DNA from: Methanobacteriota archaeon
GTDB taxonomy: Archaea; Thermoplasmatota; E2; DHVEG-1
Assembly (NCBI GenBank): GCA_017885605.1
Contig: JAFNFT010000028.1
Span: 2,095 to 52,100, forward strand
Direction: 5' to 3'
DNA length: 50,006 bases
This document shows positions 9,561-17,475 of this stretch, one piece after another; the stretch's first letter is position 1, and the number at the start of each line of letters is the position of its first letter. A program made the position numbers and the translations under genes. The notes beneath the pieces were generated by a model. It saw only the letters and a program-made list of their open reading frames with translations. It did not search any database and was not told the DNA's origin.

Positions 9561-10177
9561 AAGTTCACCTCTGTTTGGTCGAATGCATCTTGTGTTGCTT
9601 TTACGTTTCGCTCCCCCAGCTCCTTTTTTCCGGTCCATTTACTTTTGATGACTTGTTGTATCGACTTGAGAGTCACTTGATTCAGAATTTTTGGTACCGA
9701 TCCAAGAATCGGGGTGTTCACCACGGGAATTCCTCCAACGAGGATGTCATATTTGAGTGCGATACTGGTTGCATCGACGGTCGCGACATGGTACTGTTTG
9801 GAAAATTCAAAATCACGAGGTTTTTTCCTTGTGTTGATAAGAATTTTTCCGTCCTCTTTTACTCCTTTTAACACATCGACGATTTCCATGATGCTTTCAT
9901 CAAGTACGATGACAATATCTGGGTTATAGATTTCGCTTCGGAGGTGGATTTCTTCGTCAGCGATTCTTGTGAATGCTTTCACTGGTGCGCCACGTCGTTC
10001 AGCACCAAAAAGAGGGAACGCTTGTACACCTTTATTTCCGTCTTGTAATGCTGCGCTTGCAAGAAGATTTGCGGCAGTGACCGCGCCTTGTCCGCCTCGC
10101 CCGTGAAAACATATTTCAACTAAGGATTTTGATGACACAATACTACCTTCCCGAAACTCGAAATGAAGATGTCCCAT
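9557..10177 (-). CDS. porG: 2-oxoacid:ferredoxin oxidoreductase, gamma subunit
   Basis: VEICFHGRGGQGAVTAANLLA...FGAERRGAPV is the gamma-subunit signature. The exact start is uncertain; family members usually begin just before the FHGRGGQG motif. Confidence 0.85.
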   Translation of the reverse strand: MGHLHFEFREGSIVSSKSLVEICFHGRGGQGAVTAANLLASAALQDGNKGVQAFPLFGAERRGAPVKAFTRIADEEIHLRSEIYNPDIVIVLDESIMEIVDVLKGVKEDGKILINTRKKPRDFEFSKQYHVATVDATSIALKYDILVGGIPVVNTPILGSVPKILNQVTLKSIQQVIKSKWTGKKELGERNVKATQDAFDQTEVNF

Positions 10178-10208
10178 ATAACTGTTTTGAAACCTGTTAG
10201 TGTCCTGG

Positions 10209-10496
10209 TTATTTTAGGGATTGTAATTTCGAATCCATTGTCGCTTCTTTATCTCGTCGGTCATCGATTTTTATTTCGGTGATGATGCGTTCCGCTCCAG
10301 CTTCTATAACTGCTTGATGTGCTTTTTGGATGACGTGGAAAAGGGTTGTTAAATCTTTTGTTTCGATCACTGTTGCCATGGGGTTTGTTTGGAATGTTAC
10401 GTGTTCTTTTTTTAGAATTTCTCTGACGATTTTTACATAGGTGCTTACGCTGGTTCCCTTTCCGAGTGGCGCGATACTGAGTTGAGCGATAATCAT
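10209..10496 (-). CDS. UPF0045 / MTH1187-YkoF family protein (DUF77)
   Basis: From ATG 10496, MIIAQLSIAPLGKGTSVSTYVKIVREILKKEHVTFQTNPMATVIE...A.....GAERI...IKIDDRRD is the characteristic family pattern at ~95 aa. The 48-aa upstream extension in the track has no homology logic. Confidence 0.75.
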   Translation of the reverse strand: MIIAQLSIAPLGKGTSVSTYVKIVREILKKEHVTFQTNPMATVIETKDLTTLFHVIQKAHQAVIEAGAERIITEIKIDDRRDKEATMDSKLQSLK

Positions 10497-10680
10497 TTGG
10501 TCCCTTAGGGAGTCTTTAACCTCGTGCTCCTCATTAACCTTTTGATAAATTACTTGATATAAAGCTACTAAATTATATATACATAAAGATATACTTTCAT
10601 GTATCTCATTTCCTAAAATAATTTTTCTTGTTCGAACCAAAGAGATAAAAAAAGGAATAACCTGAAATCTGAAAAACCAC

Positions 10681-10926
10681 TTATATCAACCGATTCAATA
10701 AGTCTCGGTTGCTAATTATCTCATCATCGACGTTTTTAAAATCCGTCTTATCTAAATCCTTAATTTCCTGGCTGACTAGCTCCAATATCCCCAAAATTGA
10801 GATAAGTGTCAGTTTGTTATGATAAAAACGACACGCCTTTATCAACTCCCCATACAGTTTGGTCTCCATGGCTTTGTATTCATTTAATTTTGGACTGTTA
10901 AAAACGTTCGGCTCTTTTTCCTCCAT
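10681..10926 (-). CDS. Small hypothetical helical protein (81 aa)
   Basis: ATG ORF in an otherwise empty gap, same strand as its neighbours. I recognise no family. Confidence 0.4.
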   Translation of the reverse strand: MEEKEPNVFNSPKLNEYKAMETKLYGELIKACRFYHNKLTLISILGILELVSQEIKDLDKTDFKNVDDEIISNRDLLNRLI

Positions 10927-10993
10927 CTTTGCAACCTCACAAATGAGAATCCCTTTGTAATTTATATTCTTATTTATCAGGAAAAATTCTGTT

Positions 10994-12226
10994 TTACGAA
11001 TTCGAATGGATGCTATATTGTTGTTTTAACCTTTTCTTCATGAATTCTTCCATTGCATCAAACGCTTTTTCCAATGTTTCCATCGGCGGGAGAATCACTG
11101 CTCGGAAATGATCCTTTCCGTACGTCGCGCAGAACCCTGATCCATTGACCGTCAACACATGTGCTTCTTGCAATAGATCAAGGACGAATTCCTTATCGTT
11201 TTTCCAAGGTCCTTTCCCCATCGCCTCAATTTTTGGGAAAATGTAAAACGCACCATCTGGTTTTGCAGTGGAAATGCCTTCGATTTCGTTAAGACGCTTG
11301 TAGGAGAAATCACGTCGCTCCCGTAATTTGTTATTGACTTTTTCAATATGGTCCTGTGGTCCGCGTAATGCTTGGATACAAGCAAGTTGACAGACCGAGT
11401 TCGCACAGAGTCGCGATCGAGCAATCCGCATGAACGCATCCTGTATTTCATCAAGTTCACCCTGATGTTTGAACATGGTGTATCCAATACGCCACCCTGG
11501 CATGATGTACACTTTCGAAAATCCATTGAACGTGATAATAGGGACATCTTTTGTAAGCGACGCAGTCGCATACTGTCTCCCATCAAAGGTTAAATCATCA
11601 TAGATTTCATCAGAGATGACCATGATGTTATGTTCACCAGCAATATCAATAATTTCCTTTAAGACCTTCCTTGAATACAACGCACCAGTCGGATTATTTG
11701 GGTTGATTAGGACGATTCCTTTCGTACGTTCCGTAATCTTTTGACGGATATCCTCGACATCAGGTTGCCAGTTCTCCTTCTCAATACAATGATATGGGAT
11801 AGGTTCTGCGTCAGCAAATTTCGTAATCACGTTGTATTGCGGATAGGTCGGCCCTGGGATCAACAACTCATCCTTTGGGTCTAATGACGCATTCAGAAGC
11901 ATCTGAAGACCTTCGGTGACCCCGGTCGTCACACAGATATCATCGGGTTCATAGGAGACATCATTTCTCCTTTTTTCCCGTTCTATAATGGCATGACGCA
12001 ATTCAAGAAAACCCTCCGATGGTGCATACCCGTTATGCTGTTGGTTTGCTGATTTGCACAACGCATCTTTTATATGCTGTGGTGTATCGAAATCATATGC
12101 GTTAGGATCCCCGATATTCAGCTTCAAAATCGTAATCCCTTTCTTTTCTAACTGTTTCGCTGGAATCAGAACATCTCGAATCGCATATTCAACGCCTTGT
12201 GCACGCCTTGATGGTTTTATTGTCAT
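10994..12226 (-). CDS. Class I/II PLP-dependent aminotransferase (archaeal alanine-aminotransferase-like)
   Basis: MTIKPSRRAQGVEYAIRDV...LNIGDP...NPNNPTGA...FNGFSKVY (PLP lysine)...PGWRIGY. Start set at ATG 12226 because family N-termini begin M-x-I/K-x-S-x-RA. TTG 12283 is an alternative. Confidence 0.85.
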   Translation of the reverse strand: MTIKPSRRAQGVEYAIRDVLIPAKQLEKKGITILKLNIGDPNAYDFDTPQHIKDALCKSANQQHNGYAPSEGFLELRHAIIEREKRRNDVSYEPDDICVTTGVTEGLQMLLNASLDPKDELLIPGPTYPQYNVITKFADAEPIPYHCIEKENWQPDVEDIRQKITERTKGIVLINPNNPTGALYSRKVLKEIIDIAGEHNIMVISDEIYDDLTFDGRQYATASLTKDVPIITFNGFSKVYIMPGWRIGYTMFKHQGELDEIQDAFMRIARSRLCANSVCQLACIQALRGPQDHIEKVNNKLRERRDFSYKRLNEIEGISTAKPDGAFYIFPKIEAMGKGPWKNDKEFVLDLLQEAHVLTVNGSGFCATYGKDHFRAVILPPMETLEKAFDAMEEFMKKRLKQQYSIHSNS

Positions 12227-12354
12227 ATTCTCAAGACCCCAGATAAGAAATTCACATAAATAGTTTAGTATCGCTTTCTGCAAACAATACGAAAAAATCC
12301 CCTTATTTTTACCCTAGAAACCATACGGGTTTTGGTTTGTCATCCTATAGATGA

Positions 12355-12372
12355 ATTTAAATGTTTGGAAAA
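12355..12372 (-). promoter_or_regulatory. TATA-containing promoter-like element, copy 1 of an exact 18-nt repeat (ATTTAAATGTTTGGAAAA on + strand)
   Basis: It is identical to 15481..15498, and flanking similarity extends it to ~30 nt (CTrTAGATkwATTTAAATGTTTGGAAAA). It lies in the divergent spacer upstream of the aminotransferase (-) and the 12522 gene (+). Confidence 0.4.
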
Positions 12373-12521
12373 AATATTTCATAATAGATAGATTTGAGAT
12401 AATTTGATTTTTTTAGAATTTCATTCTCGATGTAAAACTTAGATTTTATAAAAAAAGCATAGAAGGAAATGTTTTTAAATAAATAAATTCTATAAAATAG
12501 TAATTTAGGAGAGGCAAAGTT

Positions 12522-14411
12522 ATGAAAAAAAGAGTATTTACGCATGACAAAAAAGCACATATTTGGGAAAAAATGTGTGGGTGGAACGGTATCTGGTTTC
12601 ATCTTGCTGGAATAATCGCTATTGTCTGGTTTCTCATCCGGGTAGTCCCGAAACCCCAGCGTGCACAATATCCCTGTCAACAGGTCGCCATGTCACTTTC
12701 ACTTGGATACATCGCATTCTGGAGTATTTTATTTGCAGGTCTTGCAGTGTGGTTACGAAACGCAAGGACAAAATTTGCAAAAATAATCCCAACAGTTTTT
12801 GCAGGTTTTATTGTTGTATTCACTATTACAGGTGCGGTGTTTGCCACGAATTATTTTCAAGGAGACGAGCCAGCGGCAGTTTCCTGGGATCCGATACCAA
12901 AACAACCAATGGGAGTCGGAACTGGGGTTAATCCTGGTCGGGTCGTGTGGGTGTGGAACCCGAACGCAACAGAGAAAGATTTGTCAGGATACTGGTGGGA
13001 ACAGGGGAATAATAACCAAGATGTCATTGATCAAATGTTTTCGATAGGTGTCAAACAGTTGACAGGGACATCAAATGATTCTGATGCTTGGAATGCTATT
13101 TTTTGTTATTTTAATCAAGTTCATGGGAATGGAGACGTAAGTTATCAATCAGGGGAAAAAATTACAATCAAAGTAAATTTAAATGCCGCCCTAAATGGTG
13201 TTGGCAATCCATATGTCCAAGAAGATAACGATCGTGATGCAAGTCCATATGTGATAAAAGCATTATTACGTCAGCTGGTAAATGTCGCTGGTATAGCACA
13301 AGAGGATATTACTCTTTTTGATGCATCGAGACCAATGGCAAATTGGTTCTACGACCGTGTGTATTATGAGACATATCCTGCAGATCCATTGATAGAGGAA
13401 TTTTCACAGATCCACTATGTTGATTCAATCGGTGGAGCAGATGGTCGTGAGCTGGTGGTTCCAAGCTCTACAAAAATGTATTTTTCTGATGGAGTCGTCC
13501 GCACGCTTCCAACTTGTGTTGTTGATGCAAAATACATCATCAACATACCACTGTTGAAGAGGCATATAATAAACAATGGTGTGACGCTGTCAGGAAAGAA
13601 CTTTTTCGGCTCGTTCATTGAACCGGTATTTAATATACACCCTTATCTTATATCTGGGATGACAATGGGAGAACCTGCACCGCAGGTGGATTTATTCGCG
13701 TATGAGCATCTGGGGGAAAAGACACTCCTCTATCTTGGGGATGGTACATATGGTACGAAGGTCGACCATTCTACGATTGCGAAGTTTTTGATGTACCCGT
13801 TTATTGATGATTGGACAAACAGCCTGTTTTTCTCCGAGGACCCGGTTGCTATTGATTCCGTTATGTTTGATTTCTTATTGACAGAAGGAACGAACCCGAT
13901 CGAAGGGTCACAGAATTATCTTCACCAGGCAGCAGTTCCTACACCTAATGTCTATGACCCTGAACATGATGGGAATTATCTGTCAGCGAGCCTTGGGGTT
14001 CATGAGCATTGGGACCGAACGGTAGACATCTTTTCCTCAGACCGATACTCTGGTCTCGCAGGCAATGGGATTGATTTTCGGACCTCTGGGGAAGAATTTG
14101 TTCGCCCCGGGGTTGTATTTACGACTCCTTTAGAAAAACATCTTTATCTTTTTGGGTCTGATAGAGGAGCATTCCCTGTCTCCCTGATCATTGGGAAAAT
14201 CGATGTAGAAGCGCAAGTCAACGGTGTCTCAGGAGTTGTTCAAAAAATCGAGTTTTATAAGGACAATACATTACAATTCACCGATACTGACGCACCGTAC
14301 GTCTGGTCCTGGAAGACGGTATCGTTATTCAAGCATAAGATACATGCCATCGCCTACTATGATGAGATGAATATTACAAGCAGTCAAATCACGGTTTGGA
14401 AATTATTTTAG
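12522..14411 (+). CDS. Membrane-anchored DUF362-like protein with C-terminal Ig-like domain
   Basis: The N-terminus has about three hydrophobic helices and the IRVVPKPQRAQYPCQQ motif. The central GEKITIKVNLNAA...ASPYVIKALL...INIPLLKRHIINNGVTLSGKNFFGS resembles the DUF362 core (KPNL...KTH...TLSLKNLFG). The C-terminal ~100 aa is a beta-sandwich-like tail. Confidence 0.55.
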   Translation: MKKRVFTHDKKAHIWEKMCGWNGIWFHLAGIIAIVWFLIRVVPKPQRAQYPCQQVAMSLSLGYIAFWSILFAGLAVWLRNARTKFAKIIPTVFAGFIVVFTITGAVFATNYFQGDEPAAVSWDPIPKQPMGVGTGVNPGRVVWVWNPNATEKDLSGYWWEQGNNNQDVIDQMFSIGVKQLTGTSNDSDAWNAIFCYFNQVHGNGDVSYQSGEKITIKVNLNAALNGVGNPYVQEDNDRDASPYVIKALLRQLVNVAGIAQEDITLFDASRPMANWFYDRVYYETYPADPLIEEFSQIHYVDSIGGADGRELVVPSSTKMYFSDGVVRTLPTCVVDAKYIINIPLLKRHIINNGVTLSGKNFFGSFIEPVFNIHPYLISGMTMGEPAPQVDLFAYEHLGEKTLLYLGDGTYGTKVDHSTIAKFLMYPFIDDWTNSLFFSEDPVAIDSVMFDFLLTEGTNPIEGSQNYLHQAAVPTPNVYDPEHDGNYLSASLGVHEHWDRTVDIFSSDRYSGLAGNGIDFRTSGEEFVRPGVVFTTPLEKHLYLFGSDRGAFPVSLIIGKIDVEAQVNGVSGVVQKIEFYKDNTLQFTDTDAPYVWSWKTVSLFKHKIHAIAYYDEMNITSSQITVWKLF

Positions 14412-14492
14412 TATTAATACCGAGCAATGGACAGCTTAGTGGTTTATAATCTCATAATTTGTCTTCTCTTGATTCTTGATATGATCAAAAAA

Positions 14493-15428
14493 TTATGGTC
14501 GGTCTGAACTGACATTGACATGAAGAGCAGAGCCAAGAAAATAGACGCTATCTATTCCAGCGTATAGGATCAACCCTGTAAATCCTACGCATCCTCTCCA
14601 GGTGTAGTTCATATACCAGTCATCTTGGGGCTGCCAGCCGCTTGTTATTTTTTGCCCCCAAAAAGAACCAGTGATATTTTGTTTTCCGTTGATTCCATTC
14701 GTCGAGAGCCATCCTTGTGCGGGTGATAACCAGTTAGGGTACGGAGAATAACGATTATTTCCAAAATAAATGCAGACGCCCCCGTGATACCCATTCTGTC
14801 GTAAGATCATTTGACTAATCTTACTGATTTGATTGCAGACGATCCACAGGGCTGTGGCAACTTTGACTAAGGGAGCATTTCCAGTGCCAAAATCCATAAT
14901 GTAATACAGGCGTAGTGCTGTTCTTTTCGCTAGTTTTGCAAAATGAGTGTTGCTGGTGTTACCTGCGATGGAGCAGAACGAATTCTGAATCGTTCCTGCT
15001 GCCGTCTCTGCTTGGAATTTCTGAGATAGTATCTTAAGAGATGTGATTCTTTTTTGGTTGGTACTTACCTGATTGACTAAGCGTTGTGTGTGTTCAATGC
15101 TCATTCCTTTAGGTAATAAGTTGTATCTGTTGAGTTCGATGATGGTGTCATTAAATATCCTCTGTGTCTCTTCGACCGACGCTGCGGTTGATAAACTATT
15201 CTTTAACTCATTAAATATTGTTTTTACTTCTTGGACCTGTTCTTTTGTTAACTGGATGATCTGGCTATTTTCCCCTGCGGCATCACAGATTTGAGTCGTA
15301 ACTTCAACAAGATCGTTGTTATTGTATGCTTTCACAATATGAACATCTATGATTGGTAAGGCGGAGAAACTAACAAATAAAAGAATGATTCCATAGGTCA
15401 ATCCTTTCATCCATAAAACGTTTTTCAT
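14493..15428 (-). CDS. Secreted hypothetical protein (311 aa), Trp/Gly/Tyr-rich C-terminal domain
   Basis: The N-terminal hydrophobic segment is GLTYGIILLFVSFSALPII. GGGGAGG lies 8 nt upstream of the ATG and a TATA-like box ~55 nt upstream. I recognise no family. Confidence 0.6.
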   Translation of the reverse strand: MKNVLWMKGLTYGIILLFVSFSALPIIDVHIVKAYNNNDLVEVTTQICDAAGENSQIIQLTKEQVQEVKTIFNELKNSLSTAASVEETQRIFNDTIIELNRYNLLPKGMSIEHTQRLVNQVSTNQKRITSLKILSQKFQAETAAGTIQNSFCSIAGNTSNTHFAKLAKRTALRLYYIMDFGTGNAPLVKVATALWIVCNQISKISQMILRQNGYHGGVCIYFGNNRYSPYPNWLSPAQGWLSTNGINGKQNITGSFWGQKITSGWQPQDDWYMNYTWRGCVGFTGLILYAGIDSVYFLGSALHVNVSSDRP

Positions 15429-15480
15429 TTTAATTTTCCTCCCCTGATAAACAGGTTAGAAATTGTTATTCTGTAGATTT

Positions 15481-15498
15481 ATTTAAATGTTTGGAAAA
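15481..15498 (-). promoter_or_regulatory. Promoter (TATA box region) of 14493..15428; copy 2 of the exact 18-nt repeat
   Basis: The minus strand reads TTTTCCAAACATTTAAATAAATC, placed ~53-70 nt upstream of ATG 15428 and followed by RBS GGGGAGG. Confidence 0.5.
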
Positions 15499-15572
15499 GA
15501 TAAAAATATCAGGACAAGAGCATTGACACGGTTTTTTTTAAAGACACAATGGTGTATGTTCCACTCAAATGA

Positions 15573-15610
15573 TAAAAAAAAGAAAAAGTTGGGGATTTTT
15601 AGTACCCCAA
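15573..15610 (-). terminator. Hairpin plus oligo-T terminator belonging to the decayed C25-like gene fragment
   Basis: The minus strand reads TTGGGGTACTAAAAATCCCCAACTTTTTCTTTTTTTTATC. It is nearly identical to the terminator after 36528..39257 (TTGGGGTACTAAAACCCCATCTCTTTTTTCTTTTTTTTAG). Confidence 0.6.
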
Positions 15611-15721
15611 TAGGCGTCGTAGTATCGAGAATGCATTAGGGAATCGCTGGAACAACCGTTTAAACCACAAATAGTTTATTGACTTTTTGTGCAAATCGTA
15701 TATAACTAAGGTTGAAAATTC
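15599..15721 (-). pseudogene. Orphan 3'-terminal fragment of a C25-like peptidase paralogue (40 codons, no start codon)
   Basis: The minus-frame translation is EFSTLVIYDLHKKSINYLWFKRLFQRFPNAFSILRRLLGY*. The C-terminus of the 947-aa protein is ...KFSFTVFLQHLLEKFPNMFPVLRHLLGY*. Eleven of the last 18 aa are identical, and nucleotides CTACGACrCCTwTTGGGGTACTAAAA are shared. The frame is closed by TGA at 15722-15724. Confidence 0.6.
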
Positions 15722-15829
15722 TCAATAGATTTTCAATAATTAACACGATTTTTGTAGTTGACAAAACTTGCACATCTCAATCCAAGTTTCGTCTTCATTC
15801 ATAATGCGTTCATTTCGAGATTTCAGCCA

Positions 15830-16162
15830 TCATGACATCCTAATTTGTACTTCGTAATATCTATTATTCCATTCTACGAACATAGGAACATCTAAAAAAT
15901 TCATCAATTCATTATACTCTACTTCTGATATATGAACATCGGCATTATTTTGAATTGATTCTAAAAGAAAAGGAAATCTCTCCATGTCGCCTGTTGTAAG
16001 ATTATAAAATTCAGAAGGGGCCGCAGGGGTAGATTCAAATTCATGAACATATATCCATCTACCACCAGATTGGAGAACAAAAAGATAAATTACTCCAATA
16101 ATAACAACACATATAATTAAAATAAGTAAAATCATTTTTTTATTCATGTCCTTCTTTCTCAA
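15830..16162 (-). CDS. Small N-terminally membrane-anchored protein (110 aa)
   Basis: MRKKDMNKKMILLILIICVVIIGVIYLFVL is a signal-anchor, followed by a ~75-aa acidic domain. The RBS is GAAAGAAGG. I recognise no family. Confidence 0.5.
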   Translation of the reverse strand: MRKKDMNKKMILLILIICVVIIGVIYLFVLQSGGRWIYVHEFESTPAAPSEFYNLTTGDMERFPFLLESIQNNADVHISEVEYNELMNFLDVPMFVEWNNRYYEVQIRMS

Positions 16163-16311
16163 TTAACAATATTATAGCAAGCGTGCACTTTAAAAATATG
16201 TTGTTCTAAAGATATTTTTTTAAGTGCAGGGGACGGATGCAATTAATAGTTGATGGTTTTCTAAGAAGAGCCTGTCGTAAAAGAGAGGTATGTATTTTCT
16301 TCGATTACGTA

Positions 16312-17475
16312 TTATATTGTGTCTTGTTTCACCATACAGATAAACATATTGCGGTCTTTCAGATAGGTGATATGTTCACTGACAAAAACTGACGACCCAT
16401 CTTTTTTCTTATGGATGCTTTTTATTTGCGTGCTGCCTTGTTTCTTAATCTCATCTAAACTTGCTTTGATATCCTTGTACGACTCAAGATAGACGACATC
16501 GGCAAAAGTAAGAGTAAGCATCTCCTCTTTGGTAAATCCAAGCCTCTTTTGGATATCATTCGTACAATCAATGATTCTTGCATCCTCATCAAACAGAATC
16601 ATATAATCAAACTCCTGATCGGTTGTGGTGGTAATAGCTGGTTCCATGATTGGGTTTCCCTTTGATTGAGAGTGCAGAACTTCATGTAGTTGTTTATATG
16701 CGTCACTTAATTTTTTTTCTAGCTCATCTATCTTGGTTTCAGCAACCTGATATTCTGTTGCGTCTCTACTAAAACAACGCAGACCCTGGAAGGTTCCAAC
16801 GCTGTTGAAAACTGGGATACAAAAAGAGCGCACCCACACAGGATGTGAAGTGTCTTGGTGCATCCAATGTAAATCTAATTTATTGGCGTTTTCTGATTTC
16901 TGTTGTGATAGTACGTATATGATGTCTTTAAATTTAGTTGCATCTTCAGGTGGTAGGAATTTAAAAATTTCCTTCCCAATGATTTGCTTTGGGGAGTACC
17001 CAAGGGTCCCGGTGACTTTCGCAGAGCATTTTGTGCATATTCCTTTGTCGTCAATCTCCCAGATCCATCCATCGATTTTTTTTAACAGGATTTCGTATTT
17101 TTCCTCTGCTTCTTCTTTTGCTTTTACCGCATCTTGGAAAATCTCCTCTTTTCTTACCCCGACTTTATTGATAGCTAGTTTGAGGCTTGCCATGACTCGG
17201 TCTAAGGAATTCGTCAGATTATTGATTTCATAAATCTCACTTTTTTCTAGTTCAACATCTAAATTTCCTTTGCTAATTTCATCGATGTTTTCTGTTAATT
17301 TTACAAGAGGCATGGAGATAAAATAGGATATGGCCAATGCGACAGAAAGGGTGATGAACAAAATTAGAACAAGGAAAAGGGTCACAATCTCTAAACCTTG
17401 TAATCCAATAATCAACGCTATCGGTATAAGCGATATCAACAAACACATTATGGTTAATAACCATCGTAATCTCAT
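16312..17475 (-). CDS. Membrane HAMP-PAS-PAS sensor protein without kinase or output domain
   Basis: Two N-terminal TM helices are followed by a HAMP-like segment (PLVKLTENIDEISKGNLDVELE...LTNSLDRVMASL), a coiled coil and two PAS-like modules (...DGWIWEIDDKG....; ...YMILFDEDARIIDCTNDIQKRLGFTKEEM). The ATG overlaps the upstream kinase stop (ATGA at 17472-17475). Confidence 0.75.
   Translation of the reverse strand: MRLRWLLTIMCLLISLIPIALIIGLQGLEIVTLFLVLILFITLSVALAISYFISMPLVKLTENIDEISKGNLDVELEKSEIYEINNLTNSLDRVMASLKLAINKVGVRKEEIFQDAVKAKEEAEEKYEILLKKIDGWIWEIDDKGICTKCSAKVTGTLGYSPKQIIGKEIFKFLPPEDATKFKDIIYVLSQQKSENANKLDLHWMHQDTSHPVWVRSFCIPVFNSVGTFQGLRCFSRDATEYQVAETKIDELEKKLSDAYKQLHEVLHSQSKGNPIMEPAITTTTDQEFDYMILFDEDARIIDCTNDIQKRLGFTKEEMLTLTFADVVYLESYKDIKASLDEIKKQGSTQIKSIHKKKDGSSVFVSEHITYLKDRNMFICMVKQDTI

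Noticed and set aside
9285-9638. Longer N-terminal extensions offered by the ORF track: porD from 9638, porA from 9336, UPF0045 from 10640, aminotransferase from 12283, Trx-like from 34565, paralogue B from 36414, PGF-CTERM protein from 444
   Set aside because: The extensions overlap upstream genes or AT-rich promoters and lack homology to the respective families. Downstream starts have RBS-like GGAGG/GGGGA motifs, start-stop overlaps (ATGA/TTGA) or proper signal peptides.
12357-12680. 107-aa minus-strand ORF in the 12.3-12.7 kb region
   Set aside because: It runs through the extremely AT-rich divergent promoter spacer and into the 5' end of the 12522 gene. Its sequence is dominated by F/Y/I/K/N from AT-rich codons.
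15740-15802. 20-aa Cys-containing mini-ORF MNEDETWIEMCKFCQLQKSC on the minus strand
   Set aside because: It has no RBS. Its N-terminal half aligns better as a frameshifted relic of the PKD-like module end (DTMDAESSWGTL) of the decayed C25-like gene than as an independent gene.
16183-16228. Imperfect inverted repeat GTGCACTTTAAAAATAT ... ATATTTTTTTAAGTGCA between the HAMP-PAS gene and the 110-aa gene
   Set aside because: The stem is mostly A/T with a mismatch and a bulge. It could be a terminator, a promoter element or nothing, and the sequence alone does not discriminate.
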